Below are positions 1 to 12,775 of a DNA stretch of 64,000 bases, in pieces. The stretch's first letter is position 1, and each line of letters begins with the position of its first letter. The DNA comes from the human T2T-CHM13v2.0 reference genome, Homo sapiens, in assembly GCF_009914755.1 (NCBI RefSeq), contig NC_060933.1. One strand, 5' to 3'. The notes beneath the pieces were generated by a model. That model saw only the letters and a program-made list of their open reading frames with translations. It had not been told where the DNA came from and searched no databases. A program made the translations under genes and the position numbers.

Positions 1-19
1 CATTTCTGTACTAAACGTG

Positions 20-200
20 TCTAAAGAGACATGCCAAAAAACTGAATGCAATTCATGATCAGATTTTCTATTACTATAAAAGAAATTACTTGACCAACTG
101 GCAAAACCTGAGTACAGTTTACAAATTAGATAATGGTTTTGTTCAATGCTAATTTTCTAGTTTTGATAGATACCTTGTAAGGGAATCTCTTCAAGTGATT
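20..200 (+). mobile_element. Old L1 (L1MC-like) 3' UTR fragment
   Basis: GAGACATG..AATGCAA..TGATC and TTAGATAATGG..CAATGCTAATTTTCT..TTTTGATA resemble the L1MC4-type 3' end. Confidence 0.5.
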
Positions 201-325
201 CTCAGAAGAAAATTATGAATTTTGATGGTTATAAGATGAAAACACAAAAATTAACACTTGTACTTGATGACAAAAAAAGAAAAATTAAAAAGATAAATGT
301 ATTAACAAATTATATGTATGCATAT

Positions 326-619
326 ATTTTTGAAGACAGGGTCTTGCTCTGTTGCCCAGGTTGGAGTGTAGTGGTGCAATCACAGCTCACTGAATCCTCA
401 ACTACCCAGGTTCAAGTGATCCTCCCACCTCAGCCTCCTGAGTAGTTGGAACTACAGTCTTGGGCTGCCATGCCCAGCTAATTGTTTTATTTTTGTAGAG
501 ATGGGGGTCTCACTATGTTGCCTGGGTTGGTCTCAAATTCCTGGGCTCAAGTGATCCTCCTACCTTGGCCTGTCAAAGTGCACAGTGCTGAGATTAGAGG
601 TGTGAAACACTGCTTGGCC
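326..619 (-). mobile_element. AluJ, antisense
   Basis: GAAGACAGGGTCTTGCTCTGTTGCCCAGG...TGCTTGGCC dimer; TSD AACAAATTATAT at 304-315 and 620-631. Confidence 0.95.
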
Positions 620-2055
620 AACAAATTATATTTTTAATAATTTAACAAATGAAGTACAAGATTTTTATTGAAAAACAATATAAAAATTTGGGCAATCCTT
701 AATAATACATAAAATAATTACATATATGTTACATTTATGGATACAAAATACAATTTATTATTGCTGAAAGTTTTTCCTAAATTATATAAATATAACGCAA
801 TTTCACTCAAAATCCCAGTAGCATGTTTTATAGACACAAAGAAGCCACACCACAAAAATAGCCTCATACCCTAGATGCTGTCATGAGTCTGAGTTATTTT
901 TTGGAAGGCCAATCTCACCAATTGATGGATCTAATTGGGCAGTCCTGAATTGTGATATCACACCCTATCTTCTACATTTCAGCTATGGTAGTAAGTACCT
1001 GTATCTTCCCCTCAAAAATATCCATACATAAAAATGAGGATTCCTCCAAAGGTCAGAGAATGCCTAAACCACGCTTGTTTTTTAAACTACCTCTAAAATT
1101 GTAGGCTAATTTTATAATCAAAAAAGTATTTGAGTAGTTAGCCAATTATTCACAAAATATAAATTATGCATATATTACTTAGTTTTGGGTATTTATGGAA
1201 ACAAATAAAATGCATATTCCTGATCTTGAGATGTTTGCAAAAAATGAGGCAATTAAAATATATTAAAACATTTTTGATTCTAGAAGTTAAGGACTTCAAT
1301 CTAAACATTTATACAGAGCAGTAGAACCAAGGAGAAGTAGTATTAGATCTGTTGGGAACCACTGGATTATTTGTTTTTTATAAGGTAGCATCAAAGGTAA
1401 TAGTTGATGGATAAATGAAAATTTGCCAGACAGAAAACAAATGTGAGAACTGAAAGCTGACGTAATATATCCCAGTACATCAAGTCACAAGCTTTTTTTT
1501 TTTTTTTTGAATTTTTCCTATTAGCTTCTCAGCTAGAAATATTGCTGCAAAGTATTCAGCTCCAAAACATTTGGAGATCAGCTTTATAATTCATTATGTG
1601 AGTGCTATTAACAATGTAGGCCATCCTGCAGCTTTCAGTTTTAGCTATATGCCTTTGCAACCTAGGTTCTAAACTCATTGCTTCTCTATAGCTACAAGAG
1701 GGCATGTGCTATAAATATGTGAGTTAACATTAAATGATGTGAGTTAAAATTGCATGATTTTAAAAAAATTAATCTTATTAAGTTTAGGTGTCTCTACATT
1801 TTCCTGTTGTTAGGCAAAATCTGGCCTTCTGGATCTAATTAATCTCACATTCAGGTTTTCTCTCATCTTTATTGGTCTTAAATATTTTTGTAGATATGTA
1901 AATATATTTCAGGGATTACATACATTGTAATAAGGACCCCTTATAGGCCCTAAACCTAGTTTAAAGTACACTACTATTTATAACTATTGGTTATTTGGTT
2001 TTAGGTAAAACTTTTAAGTAAGGATATCAGGATCTCCCTAGAGTTACACTGATTA

Positions 2056-2391
2056 CAGTCCTCTTAATTTAGTAGGTACAATGGTTTTGCTTTTCACAGT
2101 TTCAGTTCCTGTGGTTAACCACAGTCTGAAAATATGCAAGTATGGTGTAAGATAGTTTAACAGAGAGAGAGAAAAAAAAAGACCGCATTTACATAACCTT
2201 TATTATAGTACAATTATTATATTATTAGTTATTGTTAATCTCTTACTGTGACTCATTTATACATTAAACTTTATCATAGGTAGGTATGTATAGAAAAAAA
2301 ATAGTGTGTACAGTGTTCCACACTACCCTCAATCTCAGGCATCCACTGGGTGTCTTGGAAAATATCTCCTGCCAATACGAGGGGACTACTG
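2056..2391 (+). mobile_element. MER44A (Tigger7-derived MITE)
   Basis: TA-CAGT...GGGGACTACTG-TA termini; internal TTTCAGTTCCTGTGGTTAACCACAGTCTGAAAATA and ATCCACTGGGTGTCTTGGAA match MER44A. Confidence 0.85.
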
Positions 2392-2469
2392 TATAGTGGC
2401 TTTAATATTAATAATGAACATTTAAATTCAGAAATTAAATATACACCGATCTCTCTGTCTTAAATATTT

Positions 2470-2820
2470 TCTCCCTTTTTCTATCTCACCCATCTGGTTA
2501 ATGACTCTATTTTTAAGATTTCAGTTTAAACATCATTATCCTAAGGGATACTTCACTCACCATCACCACTAATTTCCCTCCCACCTCCAGGACTGGCAGA
2601 TCCTCTTCTTATATGCCTGCTTGTTTACTTTGTAGTATTTATTAGCACTTATCATGGCTGACAGGTAAAACTGACTCAAGCAAGTACTTGCTTACCATGT
2701 ATCTCCAATTTGGACTCTAAGTCTCATGAGAGAAGAAGCCAATTCTCTTTTTTATCTTATTCAGTACCTCACACAGTATTTGATTCTCAGTAAATGATTT
2801 TTGAATAAAAAATGAATAAA
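2470..2820 (+). mobile_element. L2 3' end fragment
   Basis: Ends CAGTACCTCACACAGT..TTCTCAGTAAATGATTTTTGAATAAAAAATGAATAAA, a typical L2 tail. Confidence 0.65.
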
Positions 2821-3184
2821 CTGAACAAAATTCTTTTAGAAGACCTAGCAAGACCATTGGTGAACTACTTGAGGAATTGTCAGGCCAATAACAGGTGTAG
2901 ATATAACTAATTAGTTTCATGTAAAACTAATTACTGTGAAGATAATAATGTACATCTTTCTTTGATCATTAATCCATCATCATAATGTGACCAACACAAT
3001 TTCTAGCCACTAGCAGGTGAATGAGGGTCTCAGTCCTGTTTCTACTGTCTCTTTTTTTTTTTTTATCCTGCATTACATGTTTTATTGTCTCACAACTATT
3101 TTTTTCTATTTGACTCAAGGGATTCTCTAACTCACTTTAGATTTACACAGTTTAAAAATTTTTTTATTAAGATTGCATATTGGG

Positions 3185-3489
3185 GCCCAGGTATGGTGAC
3201 TCATGCCTATAATCCCAGCACTTTGAGAGTCTGAGGCAGGGGCATTGCTTGATCCCAGGAGTTTGAGACCAGCCTGGGCAACATGGCAAAACCCCATCTC
3301 TACAAAAAACAGGAAAAAAATAAGAAAATAAAAGATTAATGGAGCATGGAGGTGTGTACCTGTAATCCCAGCTATCAGGAGGCTGAAGCAGAGAATCGAG
3401 TGAACCTGGGAGGCAGAGATTGCAGTGAGCTGAGATCATGGCACTGCACTCTAGCCTGGGCAAAAGAGTGAGACCCTGTCTCAAAAAAA
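3185..3489 (+). mobile_element. AluJ, sense
   Basis: GGTGACTCATGCCTATAATCCCAGCACTTTG...GAGACCCTGTCTCAAAAAAA; J-type TTGCTTGATCCCAGGAGTTTGAG. Confidence 0.95.
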
Positions 3490-6400
3490 TGTGTATTAAG
3501 GATGCAGAAAATATAATATTTTTTAAAATTTAATTTTTTATGTAATTTATCTACATTTGTTTTGAACCCTATTATTTTAGGTGGCAGAAACATTGACTTA
3601 GCCAACATGGCAATTCAGCACATCTCTGTTGCTCCAAATTGGAAACAAGTTGTTGGTGTGTGGAGTGAGGGCAAGGGGAGGGGTTCTTATAAATGCATGT
3701 GTAAACACACTTATATGTGATCATCATCAGTCCATGTTGGTTTCCACTGCTCACCTTCTCTGACATTCCAGTTTTGGTCCCTATGGACGTTATTGTAGCA
3801 TCTCTTTCCTTTCTAAAAGGCTGCTTTTAATCTCATTTCACACTACATCTTCTGGAGCAACCTACATGGCACAAGCAATATTCAACTGCTTCTTTGCTAT
3901 GCTAGCTTTAGAGGAGCTCAGTAAAGCCAGGTATAATCTAATTTCTCTCAGATGCCAACACCTAATAATTCCTTGCATCCTTCTTGTCTAATTATCCCAC
4001 TGTGATTCTATCTTGTTGCAAGAGTGGTTGGTCTGTTTTAGAGGTTTCAGGTATTTTTTTTCTTTTGTACTGAGTAATATTGTGAACTAAACTTTGGAAA
4101 TTCAAGGTTTTTCTTTCTTGTTGTTGTTATTGTTTTAACTGCTCGCTTACCATAATCCCTCTTTCTAGTGGCAATGAATATCTTGGAGAATAACTGACAT
4201 ATTTGGGAGAAAAGTCAACAGGTAAAGAAGAAATCAGGGGATAATTGCTTAACATTTCCAAATATTAAGCTGTTATTAATAATTGTAACATAATTGTCTA
4301 GTAACTTTAGAATAATTTTATGCCTCATACTGAGGCTGGTATTGCTACCGCACTCTTTGCTTCACGCTGGCAATTATAGCATGTTATTTTATGCTGAGTT
4401 TAGTCTCCTATATGTGCCATTCTTGCTAATTTACCCTGCATCTGCTTTATATAATATTGATTTACTTTGGCCACTTTTTCTAAGAGCAGCTTAGACTTCC
4501 AGTCAGGCTGTCGGTAGATGGGCCACTATTATCTTTCTGATCTCACAAACACCACTAGAATTACTCATTTTATCCTTGAATTCCTTTTACACAGGCCAGG
4601 ATAGCTCAGGACAAGGACTGACCTCATACTCCTCAAGATTTCTAGTTTCAATGACTCCCATTAGTCCTGAAACATCAGTGACCTTGAGAGCTCTGATTTC
4701 ATCATCCAGTAGCACAGAAGGACCTATTTGTGCTGCTCCTAGATTTAGTAAAGAAAGAAAACCTTGGGAACAGATTGCTTTCAGGAAAATTATACTCTGT
4801 ATGAAAAAAATCCTTTATTGAAAGGATTTTGGTGTTTCCCCTTTTAAAAACTCCCCTCATTTTTCTCTTCCTGTTGACTTTACTTGCAAATGTATCATAT
4901 ATTCTTCAAGATATTCATTTCCACTAGAAATAGATATTATGGTTAGTGAGCAGTTAAAAAACAAAACAAAAACAAAAACAAAAATTCCCATTTATTAGAG
5001 CTCACTAGTAGTAAACGTCCATCTTAAACATATCAAACGCTATTTGTAGATAGAAATAAAAAAGAAAACAATGGAGCTTCACAATACTTTGAATCCCTAA
5101 ATTTCTCCTAGCAAACTACAAAGATTATCCTGGAAAATGGAAACTCTAACACCTGTGAACCTCCCCTTCTTCTCTTCCTTGTGTGCTCATTTTTTATACT
5201 TCAGCTAAAACATACCTGCCTTCTTGCACTCCCTCATTGACATACATATAGGAGGATTAAGTTACCAGCATTTCCTTCACCTTATCATTTCATTGGTAGA
5301 CAGATGACTGAATTTTTCACTATTTGTATTGATAGGGTACAAATTGCTGATTATTGAATATTATAATTACTTTTCCTGTGTACAAAGTGATCATTCATAG
5401 AATCACTACTAGTTATAATTGAAATTAAAATATGTTTCTGAAAAATTAAAATTTAAAAACTAAGACATAAAAAATGTGGTCAAGAAAATTTGGAGATGTA
5501 TTTTGCATTAGATAAATGCCCCAAGGTTTTCCAGATTTTGTATGTATTCAACATTAATATAGCTCTAGGTAGTGATTTTCCAACACATAGGGAGTTTCTC
5601 TCTCCACCCTCAGCAGTTTTCAGGTTCAATTTGAATCCTTGAGTTAAGAAAAAACTCAGGAGTGTATAAAATACAAAACTAAAGCCCTTGTTAAAAAGTG
5701 CAAATGTATTTACAAAAAATTTGAAAATATCTATACAGCAAACATTCAACAAAGTTAAGAAATATAAACAACATATAAGTAGGCAAAGAATTTCTTTGAC
5801 TTTCCAAGTGTTTTTAAAAATCATTTTTAAAGAGACAAGAGAAAATGGAAAAATGGACACGATATTGCCCAGGCAGTTCTAAGGAAACTGTAAAGGGAAA
5901 TCAACATGAAATATTCAATCTCACTGTGAAGTAATAAATAATGATAAGATCAGAAACCATTTTTACATACCTGGCAATTATTTTCGAGTGTAATTTGGCA
6001 AGATCCGTCAAAATTAAAATGCATGAAAACTTGGGCTCTATAATTCTAGGACTGGGCAATTACAACAGGTATATTTGTATGGTATGCAAAGATAAATCTT
6101 GTACTTTCTGAAAGTATAAAGATTAGAAACATCCTATAGTTTCATCTGTGAAGGTCTACTTAGTAAATAATGAATCGCATTATGGGGCTGTAGGTTACTT
6201 GAGGATAATATCAGATTCTTATGCATTGTTGACTTCCTGTAGGAATTTGATGTGGGCACTTGATAAACTGTTTCTTGTAGTATTAAATGATTGGATTGCA
6301 AAAATTGATTTAAAATACTTGTGTAAGTTTCATGAATTATTGAGCGACTAGGAGATATATCAGGATATATATCAGGCATATGAGCAGTAAACAATAATGG

Positions 6401-6594
6401 TAGATGCAGTATGTGCTCTTACTGACCTTAAAAAGCAAGATTGAGAGATTGTAATGTTAATTTACATAATAATTTTCAAAGTCATTAGTACTTTATCATC
6501 TATCTTTCATGGGATTAATTAGGACAAAAGGTAGAAAGCAGGTATTACATTGTAAATATATTTTTGATAAACATCTATCTATTAGTGAGTAATC

Positions 6595-7153
6595 TGCTTA
6601 GTTTTCTTTTCCTGAGTAACAAATTAACACAAGCTTAGCTACATAACAACACAAATTTATAGTCTGTCCTATGCTTAGGTTCTCAAAACACCATAGTCAG
6701 TGTCATCTGCTGGGCTTTTACATGGAGGCTCAGAAAACAAATCTGTTTCCAGTTTCACTGGGTTTTTGTAGAATTCGGTTGTTGGCATTTGGAGGACTAA
6801 AACCCCATTTCCTTGCTGGAGGTCAGTCAGGATCTCTCTGCCTCTACAGGCCACTCACCTCCATATTCAAACTAAGGAGGACAGGTTGAGTCTTTCCTTT
6901 GCTTCTAATCTCTTTGACCTCCACTTCAGCAGTATCACTGCTGTTAAAAGGTTTATGTGAATAGATTAGGTTTACCCAAATAATCTTTCTTTTGATTAAG
7001 TCAAAGTTAACTGATTAGTGACTTTAAAATCATCTGCAAAAAGTTCATTTTGCCATGTTACCTGGCATAATCAGAAGATGATCTCTCATGATACTCCCAG
7101 TCCTCTGGATTCTAGTGAGAAATCTAGAGGAGACATTTTAAGTTTTTACCACA
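6595..7153 (-). mobile_element. MLT1E-family MaLR solo LTR
   Basis: GTAACAAATTAACACAAGCTTAG..AAAGTTAACTGATTAGTGACTTTAAAATCATCTGCAAAA..TTTTTACCACA. Confidence 0.75.
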
Positions 7154-7161
7154 GTCATATA

Positions 7162-7467
7162 CAGTAGTCTCTCCTTATCTAAGAGGGATTTGTCCCAAGA
7201 ACTCCAGTGGATGCCAAACTGTGGATAGTACCGAAGCCTAAATATATTATTTTTTAAATACATACATACCGTTGTTAAAATTTAGTTTTAAATTAAAGAC
7301 AGTAAGAGATTAAAAAAATAACTAATAATAAAATGGAGCAATTATAATAATATGCTGTAATAAAAGTTATGTAAATGTGGTACTGTACTTACCTATTTTC
7401 AGACCACAGTTGACCATGGGTAACTGAAACCATGGAAAGAGGAACTGTGGATAAAATGAATAGACTG
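7162..7467 (-). mobile_element. MER44A (Tigger7-derived MITE)
   Basis: TA-CAGTAGTCTCTCCTTATC...GACTG-TA; reverse-complement homolog of 2056-2391. Confidence 0.85.
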
Positions 7468-7595
7468 TATTTGAATTAGGTGATTATGATTGACCATCCA
7501 GCTAGATCTTGGTGTTGCTATTGGTAAAAAAAAACAAAAAGTCTACTAGATTTTATTTGCATAGATATTCATCTGTATCTTTTAGTGGGCACCAC

Positions 7596-7596
<1 letters not shown>

Positions 7597-7644
<48 letters not shown>

Positions 7645-7661
7645 GATAGATAGATAGATAG
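7597..7661 (+). repeat. (AGAT)12 GAT (AGAT)3 tetranucleotide STR
   Basis: Read directly from the sequence. Confidence 0.97.
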
Positions 7662-8849
7662 AATATATAATCTATGTATCTATAGATACAATATATAATC
7701 TATCTATCTATCTATATATATATAATATAATCTCAAGAAAATACATTTTAAAGACAACATTAAGCATTTTACCCTATAGGTCTACACTAATGCTGGCTTA
7801 CCTTGAAACTTTGTATTAGGAAGAGAACTGTAGATCAGTAGGAAAAAACAAAATGTTCTTTCGATTATGATAAATAATCAAACAATTTGTTTTGGACATC
7901 CTTGCATATTCATTTAAAAGAAAAACCCAGAAGTAAAAAATAAATTATTTAACTTTTAATTTATAATAATGTAATTAATCTTTTCAAATTATATTAAAAG
8001 CACATTGGTTATATCGTATATAGTTTCATCTTTTATGTTTTTAGTTAATAATATATTGCTTGTAAAGAATGAATACTATAAAAATCCAATGTACTATGAA
8101 TATTCATTATTCTTTAGCTAAATCAACATTAATTATGAAGTATCTTTAAAATTTTACAGATTTCTCAATAACTATAATTTCCATAATATGAGAAATCTTT
8201 TCTCATTGTTACTGTTAATTAAATGTAACTAGTAGCATTTTCTAAGTGCTTGGTCAATATTCTCATCATTCTTTTTGGAGGTGGGAGAAGGAGTTCACAC
8301 AGGACAATAATCCTGTTTTACAAAAGGTAAAGTAGAAAAAGTGAAATGTAAATTTTCACTGCAGTTATTATTGTAAAGATGGAAAATCGAACCCAGACTG
8401 GTTGAATAATTTCCTAATAATCTCAACTTTATTTTATTGTTGAATCTATACATACTGGTAAAAACTTTGTGATTCAAAAACATTTGTTATACATTTATAC
8501 TATATCTTAATTGAGACCAGGTTCTATAAAGGTATGGGGAAAAGTTCCATGAGGGTTTTACAATTTTTATTTACTCATACATTTAATAATTTTTTGAACA
8601 TCTACTACTTATCATGATTTATGTTAATAAAATGGGTCAAAGAATTGGGAAAATCATTTCCAACTCTCCCTGTCTTTTATTTGGGGTTTTTGTCTGTAAA
8701 GTAACTGGTTCTTTGAACTTGGGAGTACATAATGACTTGTGAGTAAAATAAAACTTCTAAGCTCTACTTCTTTTTTTTTACTTTACCAATATTATTTACA
8801 AGCTACTGTTAGAATTTGAATATCAGTTGTTTGAAAATGGCAGTTGGAG

Positions 8850-9067
8850 AGTCAGTGTACATGGTTTAAGATTCAGAGTCATACAACTTAGACTTGCTTT
8901 TGACATTATCACTATATGACTTTGGCACGGTAATTTGTCTTTCCATGTTTCAGCTTCTTCACATCGAAAATGGGGCTAATGGATGTCATCTCATAGGATA
9001 GTTAAGAGACTTAAAATGTGCTAAGCACATAGAAAGTGGTCATTAAATGCTAGCTTTATTATTATTT
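8850..9067 (+). mobile_element. MIR
   Basis: Core TGACTTTGGCAC..TTTCAGCTTCTTCACATCGAAAATGGGGCTAAT and tail TAAATGCTAGCTTTATTATTATT. Confidence 0.7.
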
Positions 9068-9244
9068 TTATTAACTATTTTAGTCTGATAAAGGGTGAGA
9101 TTCAAAAAGAATACAGTAAATTATAGTAGTTTCTGACATGATAATAATATTTTTTGGAAATCATAAAAATGACTGCAATATCTTAGAAGAACTCTTGCTT
9201 TTTACCAAAAGTACAGTAAATGGTGAAGTTCAAAATTATTGTTA

Positions 9245-9770
<526 letters not shown>

Positions 9771-11090
9771 GAATGAAAAGCTATCTACTTCTTAATTTTG
9801 AGTATTATAAAATGATCAAAACCCTAAAGGCATTAGGTATATCTTAATAATTAGAAGTCATAGGTGGAGTTCAGAAATTCTGCATTACCTTCGGCATTTG
9901 CTATTTCAAATAATATGGTATTCCCAATAAACAGCAAGTATGAAGGGAAAAATCCCAAATATAATTGTGAAAATTTCTATCTTCAACATCATTAACATAT
10001 TATTTTCCTACAAAAATACATAATTTCAAAGTAATAGATAAATATTCACAGCCTAATTCTATAATAAATAGTATGAGATATCATTTTATATAATTGATGC
10101 CAACTATTTAAGAACAAGATAAACAAGGGGAATTACAAACTTATTTATATAATCTCCACATTCATATTGCCAATTTTCTACTTTATATTTTCCTAGGTTG
10201 TCCCGAATGTCCTTAAAAACAATCATGTTACAAATTGGATTTGTGATCTTTACCTTTCCAGATCTTACTCTTTCAGTGTTGTTTTGTCTATCACCTTCCA
10301 CTCTAATCACCCATCACCAATTTTTAAACATTTTAAAATGTTTAGCTCCTATGCACCAGTAATAAGAATGCGTCTAATAAAATGTTTGTAACTTCTAAAA
10401 TCATTAATAATTCAAAACTGAATCACTTATGACAATGCATGAACACTAAGTGTTCATAAGAGTAGAAACCAGAACTTATGCTATGCATTGAAAAAAAGAA
10501 ATTATTTCAAACAAATATAGTTCCAATGGGAGGCAATCATACCCAATGGAGTGCTAAATTTAAGAAGACTGATAATGTCCCTTGTCAGTGAGAATCTGGG
10601 ATAACCGAAACTCTCATCCTTTGCTGGTGAATGGTAAAATAACAAACACTTTGGAAATCAGTACACATTTTGTTTTCATAAAACCAAATAAATTCCTCCA
10701 CTGTGACTCAGAAATTCTACACTTTTCGTATTTATAGCCAAGAGAAGAAATGTCCAAGAAAAAAACTTGCATGTAAATGTTCTCAAAAGTTTTATTGATA
10801 ATAGAATAAAACTGAAAATAACCCAAATGCCCTTGAAAAAGATAATAGATAAACAAATTGTGGTTTATCCATAGAATAGAATACTGCTCGGCAACTGAAA
10901 ACAAAAACATCCAACGAACAAACAAACAAAAAACCCACTACTGATGCAACACAACTATGAAACTCTAATAATTTTTTAACTCTCCTGAGAGAAAGAAGCC
11001 AGGCACAAATGTGTACATACAGTATAATTCTATTTATATAAATTTGTGAAACCAGCAAAACTAATAGATGTTGAAGAAAATCAGAAGAGT

Positions 11091-11744
11091 TATTACTGGA
11101 AAGGAGTCATGATCCAGACCCCATGAGAGGGCTCTTAGATCTCGTGCAAGAAAGAATTCGAGGTGGATCCACAGGGAAAAGTGAAAGAAAGTTTATTAGA
11201 GAAGTTAAAACAAAAAAATGTGGCTACTCCTTAGACACAGCAGCAGCATGGGCTGCTCAGTTGCTTATATTTATTACTTGTTGATTATATGGGAAACAAT
11301 GTATGAATTATTCATGAGTTTTCTAGGAAAGGGGTGGGCAATTCCTGGAACTGAGGGTTACTCCCCTTTTTAGACCATATAGGGTAACTTCCTGACATTG
11401 CCATGGCATTTGTAAACTGTCATGGTGCTGGTGTAAACTGTCATGGTGCTGGTGGGAGTGTCCCTTAGCATGCTAATGCATTATAATTAGTGTATAATGA
11501 GCAGTGAGGGTGACCAGATGTCATTTTCATCACCATCTTGGCTTGGGTGGGATTTGGCCAGATTCTTTACCACATGCTGTTTTATCAGCAAGGTCTTTGT
11601 GACCTGAATCTTGTGCTGACCCCTTATAGCATCCTGTGACTAAAGATGCCTTAACCTCCTGGGAATACAGCCCAGCAGGTCTCAGCCTTATTTTACCCAG
11701 CCCCTATTCAAGATGGAGTCACTCTGGTTCATACACCTCTGACA
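11091..11744 (-). mobile_element. MER41B solo LTR (ERV1)
   Basis: Reverse strand begins TGTCAGAGGTGTATGAACCAGAGTGACTCCATCTTGAATAGGGGCTGGG; has the B-type TAATTATAATGCATTAGCATGCTAA segment; 4-bp TSD GAGT/CAGT. Confidence 0.9.
11321..11350. promoter_or_regulatory. Tandem GAS (STAT1) motifs in MER41B
   Basis: TTCTAGGAA at 11321-11329 and TTCCTGGAA at 11342-11350, both TTCN3GAA. Confidence 0.6.
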
Positions 11745-11917
11745 CAGTGATTGCTTCTTGGGATTAAATGAGAAGAATGATTACAGAATGTTCTGGAGGT
11801 GAGTTTCATGAGTGCATATATTTCTCAAAACCCAGATCTGCACATTTAACTTTAAATTATACCTTAATATAAAGATGAGATGCCAAAAATAAATATGACA
11901 GATTAAAATAACTCAGA

Positions 11918-12436
11918 TGAAAGCTTGTATATATGACACTACAGTTATATCCTACAGCCACAGCATCTGCATAATGGGATTGAGAGAAAAAAAACTTTTA
12001 TATGAGGAAGACCAGCTCTCTTTAGTCATCAGGCTCAGAGAGACATTGAAATGCAGAAGCAGTCCACATCACACTCCCCTCTTGAGCTCAATAATCACCT
12101 CTTGAAGCCACTTGCTTTTTGGCTTCTAGACTAACTGACACTAAGTAGCCATAAAATGCCATACACCAGACACCATAAGCTTGTACTCCATGGTTCAACA
12201 ATGTGCAGCCAATCACTGACCGATGTTATTTCTGTGCCCAGTTAGAATTCCTGTCAAACAACTTTGCATCAGCCCATTCGTTGTCCCCTTTTTTCCTTTA
12301 AAAACATGCCTGTAAGAAAGGCCTGACGGAGCGCTCCCAAAGCAACATGAAACATTTCCCAGGCTGCATTTGCCAACCTTGGCTCAAATAAATGCTCTAT
12401 AATAGTGCTGCCACGCTTTCTTCCTTCTGGTTGACA
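11918..12436 (+). mobile_element. ERV1-class solo LTR (MER34/LTR47-like; 5' boundary uncertain)
   Basis: CCAATCA box, TTTAAAAAC, CCTTGGCTCAAATAAA polyA signal and terminal GGTTGACA typical of this LTR group. Confidence 0.65.
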
Positions 12437-12775
12437 GGTCACATTTATTTGCCAAAAATAGTTACTTTACTTTTAGACAAGTACAAAGGCAGTTTTGGGA
12501 AGACAGAAGTAGGTATATTTTAAAAATTTCCCCACATTAAGTCCATGTGTAGCTCCACTGGGATGAATATCAGACAGTCCCTTCTTCCTCAACTTGCTCC
12601 TTTTGTTCTATTGTCATTTAAATAGAAATCTCTTTTGTCCTGTGTTCTGATTTCCTCTCCTACCAGTTCTTACTGTATTCTGGTAGTTGGCTATAATGTC
12701 TTTACTTTCATGGTGGTGTTTCTTTCCTGACTTGAGCCTGAAGAGTATTCAGAGATTTCTTTATGGTAATATAAA

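Larger units (their letters stand above)
10520..11870 (+). mobile_element. L1ME-type 3' region, interrupted by MER41B
   Basis: TTGCTGGTGAATGGTAAAAT..ATAAACAAATTGTGGTTTATCCATAGAATAGAATACT; sequence resumes across the LTR (ATCAGAAGAGT|GATTGCTTCTTGGG). Confidence 0.75.

Noticed and set aside
4169-4221. AG...GTAAAG-bounded 53-nt candidate exon
   Set aside because: Splice signals are moderate, as expected by chance in 64 kb, with no other support
2056-7467. Two inverted MER44A copies resembling a composite transposon
   Set aside because: Each has its own TA-flanked termini and different indels; independent insertions of a common MITE explain it
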